Of a DNA stretch of 64,000 bases, positions 61,601 through 64,000 are shown in pieces. The stretch's first letter is position 1. Every line of letters begins with the position of its first letter. The notes beneath the pieces are model-generated. The model was given only the letters and a program-made list of their open reading frames with translations. It had not been told where the DNA came from and did no database searches. Position numbers and translations under genes: made by a program. The stretch comes from Callorhinchus milii. Its lineage: Eukaryota. Location of the stretch: contig NW_024704742.1 of NCBI RefSeq assembly GCF_018977255.1, positions 118,856,001-118,920,000 on the forward strand, written 5' to 3'.

Positions 61601-62779
61601 ATAACCTTTCCGAATGGCTGAAAGGCTGGTGTTTGTGACTCTGAACAAAGGGTTCTGAACTTGAGCATGTGCTTGGCAGCTGCCCTCAGTCTATACAGAT
61701 TCTGCAACACAAGAGGATCCAGAACTGCAAGAGATGTCTGATAAATAGAGAAACAGGAGGTCTAAGCCATACATACACCTTCAGTGCAGACCAGTGGTAA
61801 CCAACCTATAGACCACGGGCTGGAAGTGGCGGTTAACAAGTGCCCCACTCCCACCCGAACATTTGTACTGGTCTAGGTAAGTCCATGTTTGATCATTCAA
61901 TGTATTTTAAGCGCCCCAGGACGCAACCCCGCATGAAGAGCGCTATATAATTGTAAGCTGTTGTTGTTTTCTTTTTTTCTTGATTTCCGGCATAAATCAA
62001 GATATAATCAATCAAGAAAATTGATTCTGTTACCCAACTAAAAAGGTTGGCCACTACTGGTGTGGGCTGTACATGAAGTCTGTGGATGGTGCTGGGCGAA
62101 GACAATAAGTTAAACAGAAAAGGCACAAACCTAAAAAATAAAGCAGATGAGAGTCACTCTAGCAGGTGTTGGTTATGAGTGCCAATCTATTGTCCTGGGA
62201 GCAATTGTCCACTCATCCTCCCCAATGAGAGACGTACATGACACAAGGAGTATTTGATTCATCTAATGTTAAAAGATGGCAAATCATCACTTCAAGTCAG
62301 AGACCTTTGCTAGATTAAAACTCTTTCAGTTCTCTACTTTTTTTTATATATGTGCTCAATTATTTTTTCTATCCTCCCCCCTCCCACCCCCATCTACACA
62401 TGCACACCCACATCACATCTCTCTGTGCTTGGTCTGACTTGCTAGGGTGTAGTTCGATGGAAACTAGGTATCCTCCATTAACCGAAATAGGGACATTATA
62501 GACATAATTAAATCATCACAGAACAGTTTAGAAATCGCTATGTCTGGATTCATTATTTTGAACTTACGTTTCTGAACGCAGGGTGTAATAGCCAAGATGG
62601 AGACGATCAGACAAAGCCCACCATTGACACCCAAGACAATCTTGTTTAACATGCATCCATCAGGATCGGTGTAAAATATCCCCATTAGAATAAGAGCAAA
62701 AACAGCCACCGAATACAGGCTGAGAGTAACCAGGGCCAAGGCAGCAAACCAGCATTTATTCTGTCCCGTTCCAGCCCAC
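49473..62779 (-). CDS. SERINC5: Serine incorporator 5, 5'-partial; 7 coding exons (probably exons 6-12), about 280 aa
   Basis: Exons join in frame and give [48 protein letters not shown] and [21 protein letters not shown], matching the SERINC5-type C-terminus; synteny with THBS4. Confidence 0.95.
49645..49890 (+). mobile_element. L2 3' end
   Basis: gggggccgtgccttcagccactacgctccgaaactctggaac..gggcgctatataaatggaagttattg. Confidence 0.85.
50020..51842 (-). mobile_element. 5'-truncated CR1 (HER1-like) LINE
   Basis: ORFs 50363..51615 are CR1 RT; same family as 32868-36050. Confidence 0.94.
52183..52330 (-). CDS. SERINC5: SERINC5 penultimate exon
   Basis: gtcag|GT...AA|gtaagt; 148 nt; [35 protein letters not shown]. 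Confidence 0.95.
52841..53158 (-). mobile_element. Young tRNA-derived SINE, full length
   Basis: Complete head to tail. Confidence 0.93.
53638..53677 (-). CDS. SERINC5: SERINC5 40-nt exon ([13 protein letters not shown])
   Basis: tgcag|GAA...G|gtgagt; conserved ARCCFCF cysteine cluster. Confidence 0.92.
54091..54403 (-). mobile_element. tRNA-derived SINE, long form, 5'-truncated
   Basis: Contains the CORE-like extension (cctacttactgctaggtaaacagagg). Confidence 0.82.
54768..55075 (-). mobile_element. tRNA-derived SINE, short form
   Basis: Full head and tail. Confidence 0.9.
57313..57382 (-). CDS. SERINC5: SERINC5 exon ([23 protein letters not shown])
   Basis: ttcag|T...ACG|gtgagt; 70 nt; not in the ORF track. 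Confidence 0.9.
59244..59663 (+). mobile_element. Full-length Deu-domain SINE
   Basis: tRNA-like head tggctcagttggtagc..gggttcaagccc, Deu core ggaggtgccgtcctttggatgagacattaaacc, shared L2-like tail. Confidence 0.82.
59698..59824 (-). CDS. SERINC5: SERINC5 exon ([41 protein letters not shown])
   Basis: ttcag|TT...TG|gtatgt; 127 nt; NTT sequon. Confidence 0.93.
59967..60062 (-). CDS. SERINC5: SERINC5 exon ([31 protein letters not shown])
   Basis: ctcag|GT...A|gtgagt; 96 nt. Confidence 0.95.
62568..62779 (-). CDS. SERINC5: SERINC5 exon ([19 protein letters not shown]...ITPCVQK)
   Basis: actag|G...C|gtaagt on the minus strand; 212 nt. Confidence 0.94.
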
Positions 62780-63204
62780 CTAGTTACAAGACAAAGCAGA
62801 TGATCAGTGAACCATTCGAGTACCACAAGCCTGTATATTACAGTATAACATACATCCGACATGTAATACCTAGCATATGATCAAGTGTCAAGGTGCACAA
62901 ACGGGTACATAACAGTCCAAATCAAGCAAGTAAGTAAGTGTGTGTCATTTCGATTAAAACATTTGCAATTGTGTACAAAGCCGCTGTTTGCATTGAGAAG
63001 CAAAAACCTTGAAAACTGCTCAAATCTGAGCACAAAGTCTTTTCTTCCACAAATACACACACAGAATGTAGAAATGCCTCATCAAAAATGGCTATTGAAC
63101 CAAAGTCCATAAAAGGGAAATTTACAAAAACTGCACTGAGGAAAAATAATATTTGGGTTCAGGAAGGAGCAGAGGAATGGGATTTAATCATAATAATCCT
63201 TACA

Positions 63205-64000
63205 TCTCTAACTTTCTGCAGTTGAACGTCAACAAGACCGAGGCTCTCCTGATTGGCTCCCGTCAGCGCCTCCACACTTCAGGCACTGGCAGCATCGCCA
63301 TCCATGGCTGCACACTGCACCTTCCTAAGCCAGTCCAGAACCTTGGTGTCTTGTTTGACTATCAACTGTCCTTTCTCCCCCACATCCGTGCCATGACCAG
63401 CTCTGCTTTCCCCCACCTCCGCAACATTGCCTGGCTCCGCCACTGTCTCACCCCTCAGGCCGCTGAAACTCTCAATCAGACGTTCATCACATCTAGGCTT
63501 GACAACGCCAACTCTATTCTTGTCGCCCTCCCTAACTCTTCCCTCCACAAACTGAGGATCATCCAGAACTCTGCAGCTCATGTCCTCTCCCGCACCAGGC
63601 TCTGTGACCCCATCACCTTCCACCCTCGCCTGGCTCCCCATCCACCAGAGGATAGAGTTCAAAATCCTCGTCCTCATCTTCAAGACCCTCTATGGCTTTG
63701 CCCCCTCCTACCTCAATGACCTGCTAACCCCATATCAACTTGTCCGCTCCCTCCACTCAGCAGGCTCCAGCCTGCTCCATGTCCCCTGGCTGGCCCGCGG
63801 TTGGGCCTTCAGCGTCTCTACCCCCACCCTTTGGAACTCCATCCCACAGTCCCTTCGCCTCGCTCCCTCCCTTGCCTCCTTCACGGCACGTCTCAAGACC
63901 CTCCTCTTCGACCGTGCCTTCGGCCACCCTCCCTGCCCTCCACCCTCCCTTACCCCATTTCCCCCACCCCTGCTTGGGTCCAAATCCCTGACATCCTACC
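63205..64000 (+). mobile_element. L2 3' portion running off the window
   Basis: [26 protein letters not shown]. Confidence 0.92.

Overview
This is eukaryotic DNA from a vertebrate, most likely a cartilaginous fish (inferred from the L2, CR1/HER1-like and Deu-SINE repeat content; species not determined). It holds the 3' parts of two convergent multi-exon genes in the THBS4-SERINC5 arrangement known from human. On the + strand, thrombospondin-4 has 19 phase-consistent coding exons (4346-39228, 774 aa to the stop; the 5' exons lie upstream of the window). One of its introns is GC-AG. On the - strand, SERINC5 has 7 coding exons (62779 down to 49473, about 280 aa) and an apparent 3' UTR of about 4.2 kb that is nearly free of transposons. 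Introns and the intergenic gap are filled with decayed L2 and CR1 LINEs, tRNA-derived SINEs of three architectures, foldback MITE-like elements and unclassified old repeats. Almost all ORFs in the supplied track are TE fragments or noise. I see no new gene system. The most interesting signals are in the repeats: modular SINEs sharing an L2-like tail, two CR1 copies with a mosaic RT core, a duplicated segment hit at the same point by two different retroelements, and TEs abutting splice sites. The SERINC5 loop that governs Nef sensitivity is also divergent. Exon coordinates were checked by codon phase; TE boundaries are approximate (about +/-20 nt) and identities were judged by eye.
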